A stretch of DNA of 27,505 nt, taken from contig JBFESZ010000018.1 of NCBI GenBank assembly GCA_041548245.1, positions 1 through 27,505 on the forward strand, given 5' to 3'. The notes beneath the pieces were generated by a model. The model was not told the DNA's origin and did no database searches. It saw only the letters and a program-made list of their open reading frames with translations. The translations under genes and the position numbers were made by a program. The first letter of the stretch is position 1. Each line of letters opens with the position of its first letter. The DNA comes from Sulfurimonadaceae bacterium (GTDB lineage: Bacteria; Campylobacterota; Campylobacteria; Campylobacterales; Sulfurimonadaceae). Shown piece after piece: positions 1 to 8,745 of the stretch.

Positions 1-482
1 AGCATCTTCTCAATACGGTATCTGTCGCTCGGATCAATGCCTTGCATATAAGTATTATCCGCTTCAAAAAGCAGTTGGTAGGCGGACGGCAAGTCTATGA
101 GAAGCTTTTTGACCTTACTCAGCGTCTCCTTTGAGTACTCGGGGATAATCGAGAGCCCCTGTATCAATGTTCGTAGATAGAAACTGCTTCCTCCGACGAT
201 GATAAGGTTCTTTTTTTCATCTTCGCATTGGCGTTTTACCTCTTTGTAGACCCTGGCAAAGATACCGACAGAGAACTCTTCGTCGGGATAGATAAGATCA
301 ATTCCAAAGTGTGGGACTTTACAAAGTTCCTCTTTCGAAGGCTTGGCTGAGGCGATATCTATCTCTTTGTATATTGAGAGCGAATCGAGTGAGAGTATGT
401 AGGCATTGCACTCAAGGGCAAGTCTAAGTGCCAGATCACTTTTTCCTGAGGCAGTGGGTCCGATAAGGGCAAGTTCTTTCAT
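1..482 (-). CDS. miaA: tRNA dimethylallyltransferase, 3' end runs off the window
   Basis: Manual translation from ATG at 482: [19 protein letters not shown]... (P-loop GPTASGKS), then [17 protein letters not shown] and [10 protein letters not shown], all MiaA motifs. Missing from the ORF track because it is truncated. Confidence 0.95.
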   Translation of the reverse strand, partial: MKELALIGPTASGKSDLALRLALECNAYILSLDSLSIYKEIDIASAKPSKEELCKVPHFGIDLIYPDEEFSVGIFARVYKEVKRQCEDEKKNLIIVGGSSFYLRTLIQGLSIIPEYSKETLSKVKKLLIDLPSAYQLLFEADNTYMQGIDPSDRYRIEKM

Positions 483-488
483 AGGCGT

Positions 489-497
489 ATTGTAACA
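489..497 (-). promoter_or_regulatory. Extended -10 (TGtTACAAT) 6 nt before the miaA ATG; probable leaderless promoter
   Basis: Minus strand reads TGTTACAAT-ACGCCT-ATG with no SD sequence. Confidence 0.55.
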
Positions 498-607
498 TGT
501 GTATCGACTGAAAAGCTGTTTACGAGGTGTAAAAAAAAGTTATTTAAAGTTTCAGGTTATATACTTTAAAACAAATAATTTACAGAGAAAATTTCAAGGA
601 TATATAC

Positions 608-1201
608 GTGGAAGAAAACAGCAGTGGGATAGAGGAGCTCCATGAACCCAATAGAGCAGGCCAAGATACAGTAACAGAGGAGTATGAGGCAAGAATGCTT
701 GAGGCTTTTGTCGGGAAACCTGATACACCGGAGAAAGGGCTTTGGTATGCCAATTCTTTTTCCAAATATGATATGAATGGCGTAGATGTTATGAAGTGGA
801 ACTGGTCATGGTGGGCATTCTTCGGCGGGATATGGTTTCTGCTTTATCGTAAGGCCTATGCTGCAGCTGGTGGGCTCTTGCTTATCTCGATCCTCGCATC
901 GTTTATCCCTTTTTCCGGAATCATAATCAGTATACTCGCAGGTGGTTTCTCTACCTATGCCATCTATAAGGTCTACAAGACGAAAAAGCATGAGATCGAG
1001 GCCAGTACTATGGATGAGGAACAGCGTATAGAGATGATGAGAGTTGTTGGTGGCTATAATGCCTGGGTAGCATGGGTCTTCCCGATTATTGTTCTGCTGG
1101 GTATCTTGGCCGCGTTAGTATTGCCTAAACTGGAAGATACTCAGATGAATCAACAGCAGATGCAAGAGTTTCAAATGCAATATCAGCAAAACGTACAATA
1201 G
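608..1201 (+). CDS. DUF2628-family membrane protein, paralog 1
   Basis: WNWSWWAFFGG-WFLLYRK motif and TM segments; GTG start after AAGGA; C-terminal hydrophobic helix and Gln-rich tail. Confidence 0.8.
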   Translation: MEENSSGIEELHEPNRAGQDTVTEEYEARMLEAFVGKPDTPEKGLWYANSFSKYDMNGVDVMKWNWSWWAFFGGIWFLLYRKAYAAAGGLLLISILASFIPFSGIIISILAGGFSTYAIYKVYKTKKHEIEASTMDEEQRIEMMRVVGGYNAWVAWVFPIIVLLGILAALVLPKLEDTQMNQQQMQEFQMQYQQNVQ

Positions 1202-1216
1202 CAGGAGCGAAGGAAC

Positions 1217-1732
1217 ATGGAAAACAAATATGCACCGATAGAAGAGTATGATTACAAGATGATCGAAGCGTATATTGATAAGCCTGATGTTACGGAGTGG
1301 TATGTTGACGCGTTTAAGAGATTTAGCATCAACGGTATTGACGTGATGAAATGGAAATGGTCGTGGTGGGCCTTTTTTGGCAATATCTTTTATCTTCTTT
1401 ACCGAAAGTCATATCTGGCAGCCGGGATTTTGTTTGTATTGACAATCGTGACGAGTTTTATCCCTTTAGGAGGCTTGATATTATGGGTATTGACAGGTGG
1501 GTATGCGCCTTATTTCGTCTATAAGACCTATAAGGAGAAACGTCTCGAGGTCGAAGCACAGATAGAAGATGAGCAAAAACGTATTGAGACAATGCGCTAC
1601 GTCGGGGGTTACAATGACTGGGCAATCTGGGTCGCAGTAGTCTTACATCTGTTCTTCTGGGTGGCAGCATTTTCGATGTTGGGTTTCATTCTTACAGCGA
1701 TAGGCCTTGCAGCAGGCAATGCGGCACAATAG
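1217..1732 (+). CDS. DUF2628-family membrane protein, paralog 2
   Basis: WKWSWWAFFG-FYLLYRK motif; clearly similar to 608..1201 (KPD, NG.DVMKW, VGGYN); SD AGGAG/AAGGA upstream. Confidence 0.8.
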   Translation: MENKYAPIEEYDYKMIEAYIDKPDVTEWYVDAFKRFSINGIDVMKWKWSWWAFFGNIFYLLYRKSYLAAGILFVLTIVTSFIPLGGLILWVLTGGYAPYFVYKTYKEKRLEVEAQIEDEQKRIETMRYVGGYNDWAIWVAVVLHLFFWVAAFSMLGFILTAIGLAAGNAAQ

Positions 1733-2576
1733 ATACATTGTCGCTCTCTTTTTGGCCTTGATTTTTCAAGGCTGTAGTTCACTCTTTTTTTATCCGGATA
1801 CACTGACGTACCGCACCCCTGATTTTTATGGGTTGAAGTATGATGATCTCTATTTTGATTCCAAAGACAAGACAACTTTGCATGCATGGCATATTTATCC
1901 AAATCAGAGATCAAAAGGTTTGCTCTTCGTCGCTCACGGCAATGCGCAGAACCTCTCTTCTCATTTTGCGGCTTGGGTATGGTTGATAGAGAAAAGGTAT
2001 GAGCTCTTTATTTTTGACTATCGAGGTTATGGAAAGTCTGATGGGCAAATTGACCTTCAAGGCAGTATTGAGGATACGATCTCTGCTTTGTCCTACCTTG
2101 AAGGTCTCTATAATAAAGAGTATTTTGTATGTGGACAATCCTTGGGCGGTACGCTACTTTTAAATGCGCTTAATGCCAGAGATAATATGAAGATCAAGGC
2201 GGTGATTATTGATTCGACGTTTACAGGGTTTAGAGATATTGTCAAGGAAAAGTTGAGCCAGAGTTGGTTGACATGGCCTTTTCAATGGGTAACATATCTA
2301 AGTTTGAGTGATGATTATGATGCAAAAGACAGGGTAACAGCAGTTGAAAAGCCGATTCTTTTTTTGCACGGATCTCAAGATGGTATCATCTCCGCTAATC
2401 ATTCATGGCAGCTTTTTGAGCTTTCAAATCCACCCAAAGAGTTATGGCTTGCAAAAAATGCACAACATATCCAGACCCTCAACAGTAAAAGTGTCCAAGA
2501 TGATTTTTTAAAGTTCTTAGAAGAGGGGAAAAACTTTTTCGATGGGAATTATTCAAAAATGAGAATATATGAATAG
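1719..2576 (+). CDS. Alpha/beta hydrolase lipoprotein (ABHD/BEM46-like serine hydrolase)
   Basis: HGNA, FDYRGYGKS, nucleophile GQSLG, HGSQD, catalytic His in AQH. The ATG at 1719 gives a signal peptide ending FQGC; preferred over TTG 1707. Confidence 0.85.
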   Translation: MRHNRYIVALFLALIFQGCSSLFFYPDTLTYRTPDFYGLKYDDLYFDSKDKTTLHAWHIYPNQRSKGLLFVAHGNAQNLSSHFAAWVWLIEKRYELFIFDYRGYGKSDGQIDLQGSIEDTISALSYLEGLYNKEYFVCGQSLGGTLLLNALNARDNMKIKAVIIDSTFTGFRDIVKEKLSQSWLTWPFQWVTYLSLSDDYDAKDRVTAVEKPILFLHGSQDGIISANHSWQLFELSNPPKELWLAKNAQHIQTLNSKSVQDDFLKFLEEGKNFFDGNYSKMRIYE

Positions 2577-2671
2577 ATACTGTTTAAGTTTTCTTTCTAT
2601 CATCGTTTCTTAAAGGGCTTCTTCGTTAATATTGTATGCAAATAAGACGTATATAACATTAGGATAATCTT

Positions 2672-3532
2672 TTGAGAAAATTTTTCAACTCTTTAAAAAA
2701 TTTTAATGAACTGGTGATGTTTCAACACTCTGTTTTCTCCCTCCCTTTTATTTTTATCGCGATGATAGTCGCAGCAAATGGCTGGTTCGGTTGGTCTTTA
2801 CTGTTTATGGGTGTATTGGCGGCGGTAACAGCGCGTAATTTTGCAATGGGACTTAATCGGTATGCCGATAGAGATATCGATGTAAAAAATCCGCGTACGG
2901 CTTCTCGTCCTAGCGTGGATGGGCGTATCACCCCTAGGGCTATTCTTTTTTTTACCTTCGTCAATGCGATGGGCTTTATTGCGGTTGCCTATTTTATCAA
3001 TGAATTAGCATTCTATCTTTCGGTGCCTATTTTGGCCGTGTTGGGATCGTACTCATACTTTAAACGTTTTTCTGCCTTTGCACACATCATCCTAGGTGTC
3101 TCTTTAGGTCTGGCTCCGATTGCCGGTGTTGTAGCTGTGCAGGCTGCTGTACCGCTATGGTCACTTTATCTGAGTGCAGGGGTTCTGTTCTGGGTGGCCG
3201 GGTTTGATCTGTTGTATTCACTACAGGACATCGAGTTTGACAAGGAGGAAGGGTTGCATTCAATCCCCTCAAAGTTTGGTGCAAAGAATACCTTTAGGAT
3301 TGCACAGTTCTTTCATCTGTTGACGATTGTCTTTTGGTCTGTATTTGTGATGGAAGCTGATCTGGGATTATTTTCCATGATGGCTATCGCTTTCTCTGCT
3401 CTTATGTTGGGGTATGAGCATTACCTTGTTAACAAGGATTTTACGAAGATAGACAGAGCTTTTTTTACAGTTAATGGATATTTGGGTATTATATTTATAA
3501 TTTTTATTATCTTGGAAAAGGTTTTTCAGTGA
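2672..3532 (+). CDS. mqnP: UbiA-family prenyltransferase of the futalosine menaquinone pathway
   Basis: FQHSVFSLPF, NRYADRDIDVKNPRTASRP, YSYFKRF, FDLLYSLQDIEFD, AFFTVNG motifs; TTG start after AGGA. Confidence 0.9.
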   Translation: MRKFFNSLKNFNELVMFQHSVFSLPFIFIAMIVAANGWFGWSLLFMGVLAAVTARNFAMGLNRYADRDIDVKNPRTASRPSVDGRITPRAILFFTFVNAMGFIAVAYFINELAFYLSVPILAVLGSYSYFKRFSAFAHIILGVSLGLAPIAGVVAVQAAVPLWSLYLSAGVLFWVAGFDLLYSLQDIEFDKEEGLHSIPSKFGAKNTFRIAQFFHLLTIVFWSVFVMEADLGLFSMMAIAFSALMLGYEHYLVNKDFTKIDRAFFTVNGYLGIIFIIFIILEKVFQ

Positions 3533-4044
3533 GTCAGCCGCGTTTAGTAAAAGCTCCCATCTCCATTGTCTATGATGTTGCAGATGAGAGTCTACATGAA
3601 CGTGAATATCATAGTCTGAGTGAGGCTGATGATGACGCTATCGGTCAATGGCTGAAGTTAGCTAAGGCGAGAGGAGAGACAAGTGAAAGCGATCCGATCA
3701 CACTGAAGCTTTTGGTTGAACTTCACAGGAAAGTCGATCATCTTGAGCGTCTGATCAAAAATGAGAAACCAAGCCGTGTTGGCTTGAGCTCAGAAGGAAA
3801 AATAGAGAGTATAGGTTTCGGTTACTTTAAGTTGGAAGACGATGAATTGGAAGTGGCGCAACAGTATTATGGCCGCATCAGTATGCCGACCTATCCTCAA
3901 CGAGAGATAGGTGTCTTCTTTGTTGCAGAGAACCCATCACTAGGCAAGATTGTAAGAATTCATGAGAGAGATGAAAAAGAGTGGGGCGCTTATGTGACGG
4001 CCCGTGAAAGAATCATGATACGCGAACTGAAGGGAAATGAATGA
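3529..4044 (+). CDS. Conserved hypothetical protein typical downstream of mqnP in Campylobacterota
   Basis: GTGA overlap with the mqnP stop; 171 aa; DAIGQWLKLAKARG...LLVELHRKVD. Confidence 0.75.
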   Translation: MSQPRLVKAPISIVYDVADESLHEREYHSLSEADDDAIGQWLKLAKARGETSESDPITLKLLVELHRKVDHLERLIKNEKPSRVGLSSEGKIESIGFGYFKLEDDELEVAQQYYGRISMPTYPQREIGVFFVAENPSLGKIVRIHERDEKEWGAYVTARERIMIRELKGNE

Positions 4045-4561
4045 AAAAGGTATTAAGGTGAATACGGAGATAATACTCATTTCTTTTGGAGTCATTCTTT
4101 TCATTGTCGTTGTCTACTCGTATATGCGTGACAGTGAGAACACTCGTCAGATTCGTTTTTTGGCTAATACCATGGATAACTTTAATAAACAGCTCTTTGC
4201 TTTGGAGCGAAAAGTCGAAAAGATAGAGACACATATTAAACAGGACAATACGTCGATAGACGCTGATGAACTCGAAAGAAAGATGGAACAGGAATTGGCC
4301 TCAATGGCAGAGCCAATAGCCTTCAGTCTGAATGAGATACAGAACTCCTTCATGCATTTTAAAAAACAGATGGAAGCGCGTATAGGACATATTGAAGACG
4401 GTATGAAATCTATTGCTATGCCAAAAAGTTTAACAGGTCTAGATGATCAGAAAATCATCTCTTTGTATAAGCAGGGGATGGATGAAGAGTCCATTGCCAG
4501 AGAACTTGCGCTTTCCAAGGGCGAAGTTGAGTTCGCATTAAAAATCTCAAAAATGCAATAG
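4037..4561 (+). CDS. Membrane-anchored coiled-coil protein with C-terminal HTH-like segment (DUF6115-like)
   Basis: N-terminal TM, coiled coil, C-terminal IISLYKQGMDEESIARELALSKGEVEFALK; overlaps the previous gene. Confidence 0.75.
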   Translation: MNEKGIKVNTEIILISFGVILFIVVVYSYMRDSENTRQIRFLANTMDNFNKQLFALERKVEKIETHIKQDNTSIDADELERKMEQELASMAEPIAFSLNEIQNSFMHFKKQMEARIGHIEDGMKSIAMPKSLTGLDDQKIISLYKQGMDEESIARELALSKGEVEFALKISKMQ

Positions 4562-4602
4562 TCGTTTTAAAGGCTTGTTTTAATTATAATATAAGCTATA
4601 GA

Positions 4603-4611
4603 TGGTATAAT
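4603..4611 (+). promoter_or_regulatory. Extended -10 promoter for tRNA-Arg
   Basis: TGGTATAAT about 45 nt upstream of the tRNA. Confidence 0.6.
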
Positions 4612-4654
4612 TTCGGCCTACAAAACGAGAGAAATCGAGTTTCTTTAGAAATGT

Positions 4655-4731
4655 GCGTTCGTAGCTCAGCTGGATAGAGCACCGGTTTGCGGTACCGGCG
4701 GTCAGGGGTTCGAATCCCTTCGAGCGCACCA
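4655..4731 (+). tRNA. tRNA-Arg (anticodon GCG)
   Basis: Cloverleaf: acceptor GCGTTCG/CGAGCGC plus ACCA; D arm GCTC/GAGC; anticodon stem CCGGT/ACCGG with loop TT-GCG-GT; T arm AGGGG-TTCGAAT-CCCTT. Confidence 0.97.
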
Positions 4732-5256
4732 TATGATAACCTCCAAAAAACAAGAACTTCCAAAAGATTTACTTGCAATAACGAAACAATTTGGTTTTGA
4801 CTTGATGTCACTTTATGTGCTATTTCAATTTAGAACTTCTCAGACTATTAAGAGTTTTTCATACAAATTCTTCTTATCGCTTTTAATTACGTACAAACAG
4901 ATTTGGAATCCAATGTACCGAGTTTGATTTATCTAATGTAAGATATTTCATGAAGTATTAAAACATCAGTGGCTGTTTGCCAATAGCAGAATAGTCTGAA
5001 TATTGTTCTTTTTAATGCTTTCAATTCAGACTTAAACTATCTTAAGCGGGTTCTTCGTCTATACGTATAGTCAAGTATAATATCATTTATCCAGTCTGTT
5101 ATCTTTACCATAATTATTTCCAGTGATTGTCTATTCAACTAAGCATATCTGATACCAATTTATGAAGTTGAGAATATGACAGAATGCAACAAAAATATCA
5201 TTTATTAACATAATCTAATCGATCAAGCCATGTATAAACTTGATGTTATGTAGGGT

Positions 5257-5265
5257 TGGTATAAT
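5257..5265 (+). promoter_or_regulatory. Extended -10 promoter for galU
   Basis: TGGTATAAT 30 nt before the ATG. Confidence 0.6.
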
Positions 5266-5295
5266 TCTTTAAATTTTTATATATAGGTTTTTTTA

Positions 5296-6117
5296 ATGAT
5301 CAAAAAATGTTTATTCCCTGCCGCCGGTTACGGTACACGCTTTCTTCCTGCGACTAAGGCAATGCCTAAAGAGATGCTGCCGGTATTGACCCGTCCGTTG
5401 ATAGAGTATGGTGTTGAAGAAGCAGTGAATGCAGGGATGACGACAATGGCAATCGTAACAGGACGTGGAAAACGTGCCATTGAGGATCATTTTGATATTT
5501 CATATGAACTTGAACACCAGATTCTTGGGACCCCAAAAGAACACTATTTGACCGAGATTCGTTCTTTGATCAATCAGTGTACATTTTCCTATACCCGACA
5601 GATCGAGATGAAGGGATTGGGGCATGCGATCTTAACGGGTGAGACTCTTATCGGTCAGGAACCTTTTGCGGTCGTACTCGCGGATGACCTGTGTGACGGT
5701 GAAGGTGAGGGCGTTCTTTCTCAAATGGTAAAGCTTTATGAGAAGTATCAATGCTGTATCGTAGCGATTGAAGAAGTTCCAAAAGACGAGACAAACAAAT
5801 ATGGAGTCATTGCCGGTGATGAGATAGAAGAAGGTGTATATCGGGTAAATGACATGGTGGAGAAACCAGACCCGCAAGATGCCCCGTCAAATCTGGCTAT
5901 TATCGGACGCTATATTTTGACGCCGGATATCTTTGATGTCATCCGTGAAACGGCTCCGGGTAAAGGCGGGGAGATTCAGATCACCGACGCACTGTTGACC
6001 ATGGCGAAAGAGGGTAAGGTCATCGCTTACAAGTTCAAGGGTGAGCGTTTCGACTGTGGTAGTGTCGACGGTTTTGTTCAGGCAACCAACTACTTTTATG
6101 AGAAATCAAAAGCCTAA
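5296..6117 (+). CDS. galU: UTP--glucose-1-phosphate uridylyltransferase
   Basis: FPAAGYGTRFLPATKAMPKEMLP, GLGHA, VEKP, GRYILTP, GEIQITDA, RFDCG. Confidence 0.97.
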   Translation: MIKKCLFPAAGYGTRFLPATKAMPKEMLPVLTRPLIEYGVEEAVNAGMTTMAIVTGRGKRAIEDHFDISYELEHQILGTPKEHYLTEIRSLINQCTFSYTRQIEMKGLGHAILTGETLIGQEPFAVVLADDLCDGEGEGVLSQMVKLYEKYQCCIVAIEEVPKDETNKYGVIAGDEIEEGVYRVNDMVEKPDPQDAPSNLAIIGRYILTPDIFDVIRETAPGKGGEIQITDALLTMAKEGKVIAYKFKGERFDCGSVDGFVQATNYFYEKSKA

Positions 6118-6122
6118 AAACA

Positions 6123-6159
6123 TTTAAAAAGGCCTATGCTCTTATCTGGCCTTTTTAAA
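6123..6159. terminator. Probable bidirectional intrinsic terminator between convergent genes
   Basis: 12-bp inverted repeat TTTAAAAAGGCC (6123-6134) / GGCCTTTTTAAA (6148-6159). Confidence 0.55.
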
Positions 6160-6717
6160 AGCGAGGTAAAGATAGAGCATTGTAATTATTTCTATAATCA
6201 GAAGTATAAAGTGAAGAAGATAAACCTTTTCATGGGCATCTTGTATATGAAAGTTATGTTCTAAAAGTTTGTAAAAAAGATAAGATAAGACCATCCCCGC
6301 TAGATAACCTTTCTGTTTCGTAACATCCAAAAAAGTCAACAGTTGTGCCTTAGGTAAAAGTATCGTCTCTGCACGTACCAGATATGAGCCAAAGGCAAAG
6401 GTACTTTGATACCCTATATAGATGATAAGCGCTGTCATATAGCCGTATGAGGCAAGTAGAAAGTAAGAAATCAAAACCAGCATGACCATCTCAACAAGAA
6501 ACGAAATCCTAAAGAAATAGTATTTGTTCAAGATCTTGGTATAAAACTTTGCTATCACTAGCATTGACAAAGCAAGAAGCACACCCCCTAAAGAGTATAC
6601 AGAAGGTTCCAAAGGGGTGTAGATGATAAAGATTGTACCGACAGATAAGCCTAAAAACAGCGAATTAAAGAATTTATACGAGATAAACTTTCTAATATTA
6701 ATACTGTTCTTAAGCAT
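6142..6717 (-). CDS. Uncharacterised polytopic inner-membrane protein (about 6 TM), co-transcribed with the TonB-dependent receptor
   Basis: 191 aa, mostly hydrophobic helices; starts 15 nt after the receptor stop with SD AAGGA. Confidence 0.75.
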   Translation of the reverse strand: MLKNSINIRKFISYKFFNSLFLGLSVGTIFIIYTPLEPSVYSLGGVLLALSMLVIAKFYTKILNKYYFFRISFLVEMVMLVLISYFLLASYGYMTALIIYIGYQSTFAFGSYLVRAETILLPKAQLLTFLDVTKQKGYLAGMVLSYLFYKLLEHNFHIQDAHEKVYLLHFILLIIEIITMLYLYLAFKKAR

Positions 6718-6732
6718 GGGAGATTTCCTTAG

Positions 6733-8703
6733 TTAGAATTTTCCATTTAGACCAATTTGAAATGCACGTTGAAAGTTGACAGGATAAATTGCGTCATCTC
6801 CTGTCCAGATAGCATTGTCTTCATCAAGAAGATTCTGTATTTTAGCAAAAACTTCTATATGTTCATCATATTGGTATGAAGCTGTCACATCAGTTGAGTT
6901 ATAAGCTTCTTGTTTTTGTGACAAAGCGTTTTCAAAATCATCTATAGCATAGGCAGATGAACGGTAAGTATGAGATGCAATCAGTTTACTTTTATTTGTC
7001 GGTGCATAGCCTATACTGGCAGTAAGGTTGTGTTTTGATACACCTGGAAGTCTCTTGTTTTCAATATTCTTGTTAGCGTCTTTCTCAATAGTTGCTTCTA
7101 TATATGTATAGTTTGCACTTAGGTATAGATTGTCAGAAACAAGGTATTTATCATAAAGCTCAAAACCAAGTTTAGACGTCTTATCAAGGTTTGTATTGGC
7201 ACCATCGAATACACTGTCTGGATTAACAATGGATGGATCATAAAAAATTTCATCAGATACATCTGTGTAAAAAATGGTTGATTTGAATTTATTGTTTTTT
7301 ACAAAGTGGTTGTATCCAATATTATAGGTATTGGCTGTCATCGGCTTGATGAATCCATTGAAAAATGTTCCTAAGAAAGTATATGTTGGTGAATAATGGC
7401 TAGTAAAGAAACGATCGATGTCTGCTGCTTGAAATGAGTGTGAAAAACTTGCATAAAGTGACTGCTCATTATTGAGTTTATAGTTGTATCCTAACTCATA
7501 TGCTTCAAGGGTGTCATCTTTTTTAAGGTTGTTTCCTGTACTAGGTGTATATTCATAGGTGACTTTTTCTATTCTAAGTCCAGCTGAAAGAGTATGGTTT
7601 CCATTAAGATAGTTTGCCTTGATAAAGCCTGCTAGATTGTCTTTTGTAGTTGTATTGGAATTTCCTTGTCTTTCTCCATTAAAGACTGAAGTTCCAAAAA
7701 GAACATTTAAATTATTATCAGAATATTTTAAACTCAAGTCACCTGAGTTGTAATCATAGTCTGCATTGGTTGTATAAGCAGTTGAGAAATAATCGGATTC
7801 CTTGTCTTCTAAAAAGATATTGGCGTTGATTTCCCATTGAGAACTTAAATCATATGATAATCCGAAACTCCATAAGTCAGTTGAAAAATATTGATTTGAA
7901 AATGTTGAATCACCTGGATAAGCTGGAGTGGAATCTTGAGTCGGATCAGTTTTGTATTGATCAAGTGACAAAGGATCTGCATAGTAAGTGTTGATTCTAG
8001 TCGCTGCCCAACCTAAACGCAACTCAAGATTATCCACTGGATAGAGTTTGAGGTCAAATGACCCGTTCTTTGAACGTGACGAATCTTTTTTAGTCCCACT
8101 TGAATCAAGATCGCGTTGACCATCTGTTTCGAAATAATCACCAAAAGCAGAGAGTGAGAACAGGTCAGAAGAATAGCCAGCATTAAAAGAGCCATAGCCG
8201 GTATCAAAGTTTCCGCCATAGGCTTTAAAGTTCACGCCATCAAAGTCTTTTGTAGTGATGCTGATAATACCAGCATTTGCTCCATCACCATATTCTACTG
8301 AACCAGCACCCTTTAATATTTCAATCTTTTCAATTGAGTTAACAGGGATTGATCCAAGAAGTTGAGGAACACCGTCGATGTTATTCAAACGTCTGCCATC
8401 AACAACGACAACGATGTTTTGAAAACCATCTCCTATACCATAACCACGCATATCAATTTTTTGTGCAAACTGATTACCATAACTTGGTAAGACTGCAACA
8501 GATGTCTCTTGATTTAAAAAATCATAGATGTTCTTTGATTTTGAGTTTTCTATATCTTGAGTTGTATAGGTCTCAACAGGTGCTGTATAGCTTAGCTCAT
8601 CTTGTGGGATCTGAGAAGCCGTTATTGTTTGTTCTTCTAGTGTGAAGATCTCTTGTGCTATAAGTGAAGCACATACTAGTGACAAAAGTAGTGTTTTTTT
8701 CAT
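6733..8703 (-). CDS. TonB-dependent outer-membrane receptor (possibly BtuB-like)
   Basis: Signal peptide MKKTLLLSLVCASLIA; plug motifs DMRG, VVVDGRRLN, IEKIEILKGAGSVEYGDGANAGIISITTK; NLLD; terminal Phe. ATG at 8703 after GGA preferred over TTG 8715. Confidence 0.92.
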   Translation of the reverse strand: MKKTLLLSLVCASLIAQEIFTLEEQTITASQIPQDELSYTAPVETYTTQDIENSKSKNIYDFLNQETSVAVLPSYGNQFAQKIDMRGYGIGDGFQNIVVVVDGRRLNNIDGVPQLLGSIPVNSIEKIEILKGAGSVEYGDGANAGIISITTKDFDGVNFKAYGGNFDTGYGSFNAGYSSDLFSLSAFGDYFETDGQRDLDSSGTKKDSSRSKNGSFDLKLYPVDNLELRLGWAATRINTYYADPLSLDQYKTDPTQDSTPAYPGDSTFSNQYFSTDLWSFGLSYDLSSQWEINANIFLEDKESDYFSTAYTTNADYDYNSGDLSLKYSDNNLNVLFGTSVFNGERQGNSNTTTKDNLAGFIKANYLNGNHTLSAGLRIEKVTYEYTPSTGNNLKKDDTLEAYELGYNYKLNNEQSLYASFSHSFQAADIDRFFTSHYSPTYTFLGTFFNGFIKPMTANTYNIGYNHFVKNNKFKSTIFYTDVSDEIFYDPSIVNPDSVFDGANTNLDKTSKLGFELYDKYLVSDNLYLSANYTYIEATIEKDANKNIENKRLPGVSKHNLTASIGYAPTNKSKLIASHTYRSSAYAIDDFENALSQKQEAYNSTDVTASYQYDEHIEVFAKIQNLLDEDNAIWTGDDAIYPVNFQRAFQIGLNGKF

Positions 8704-8745
8704 TTGTTTTTCCAATTTAGTTTTTTATTTGATATGAAGTTAAAC

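Noticed and set aside
4596-4927. ORFs 4596..4811 (-) and 4733..4927 (+)
   Set aside because: The first is antisense to the tRNA; the second starts right after the CCA end with no SD or recognisable motif.
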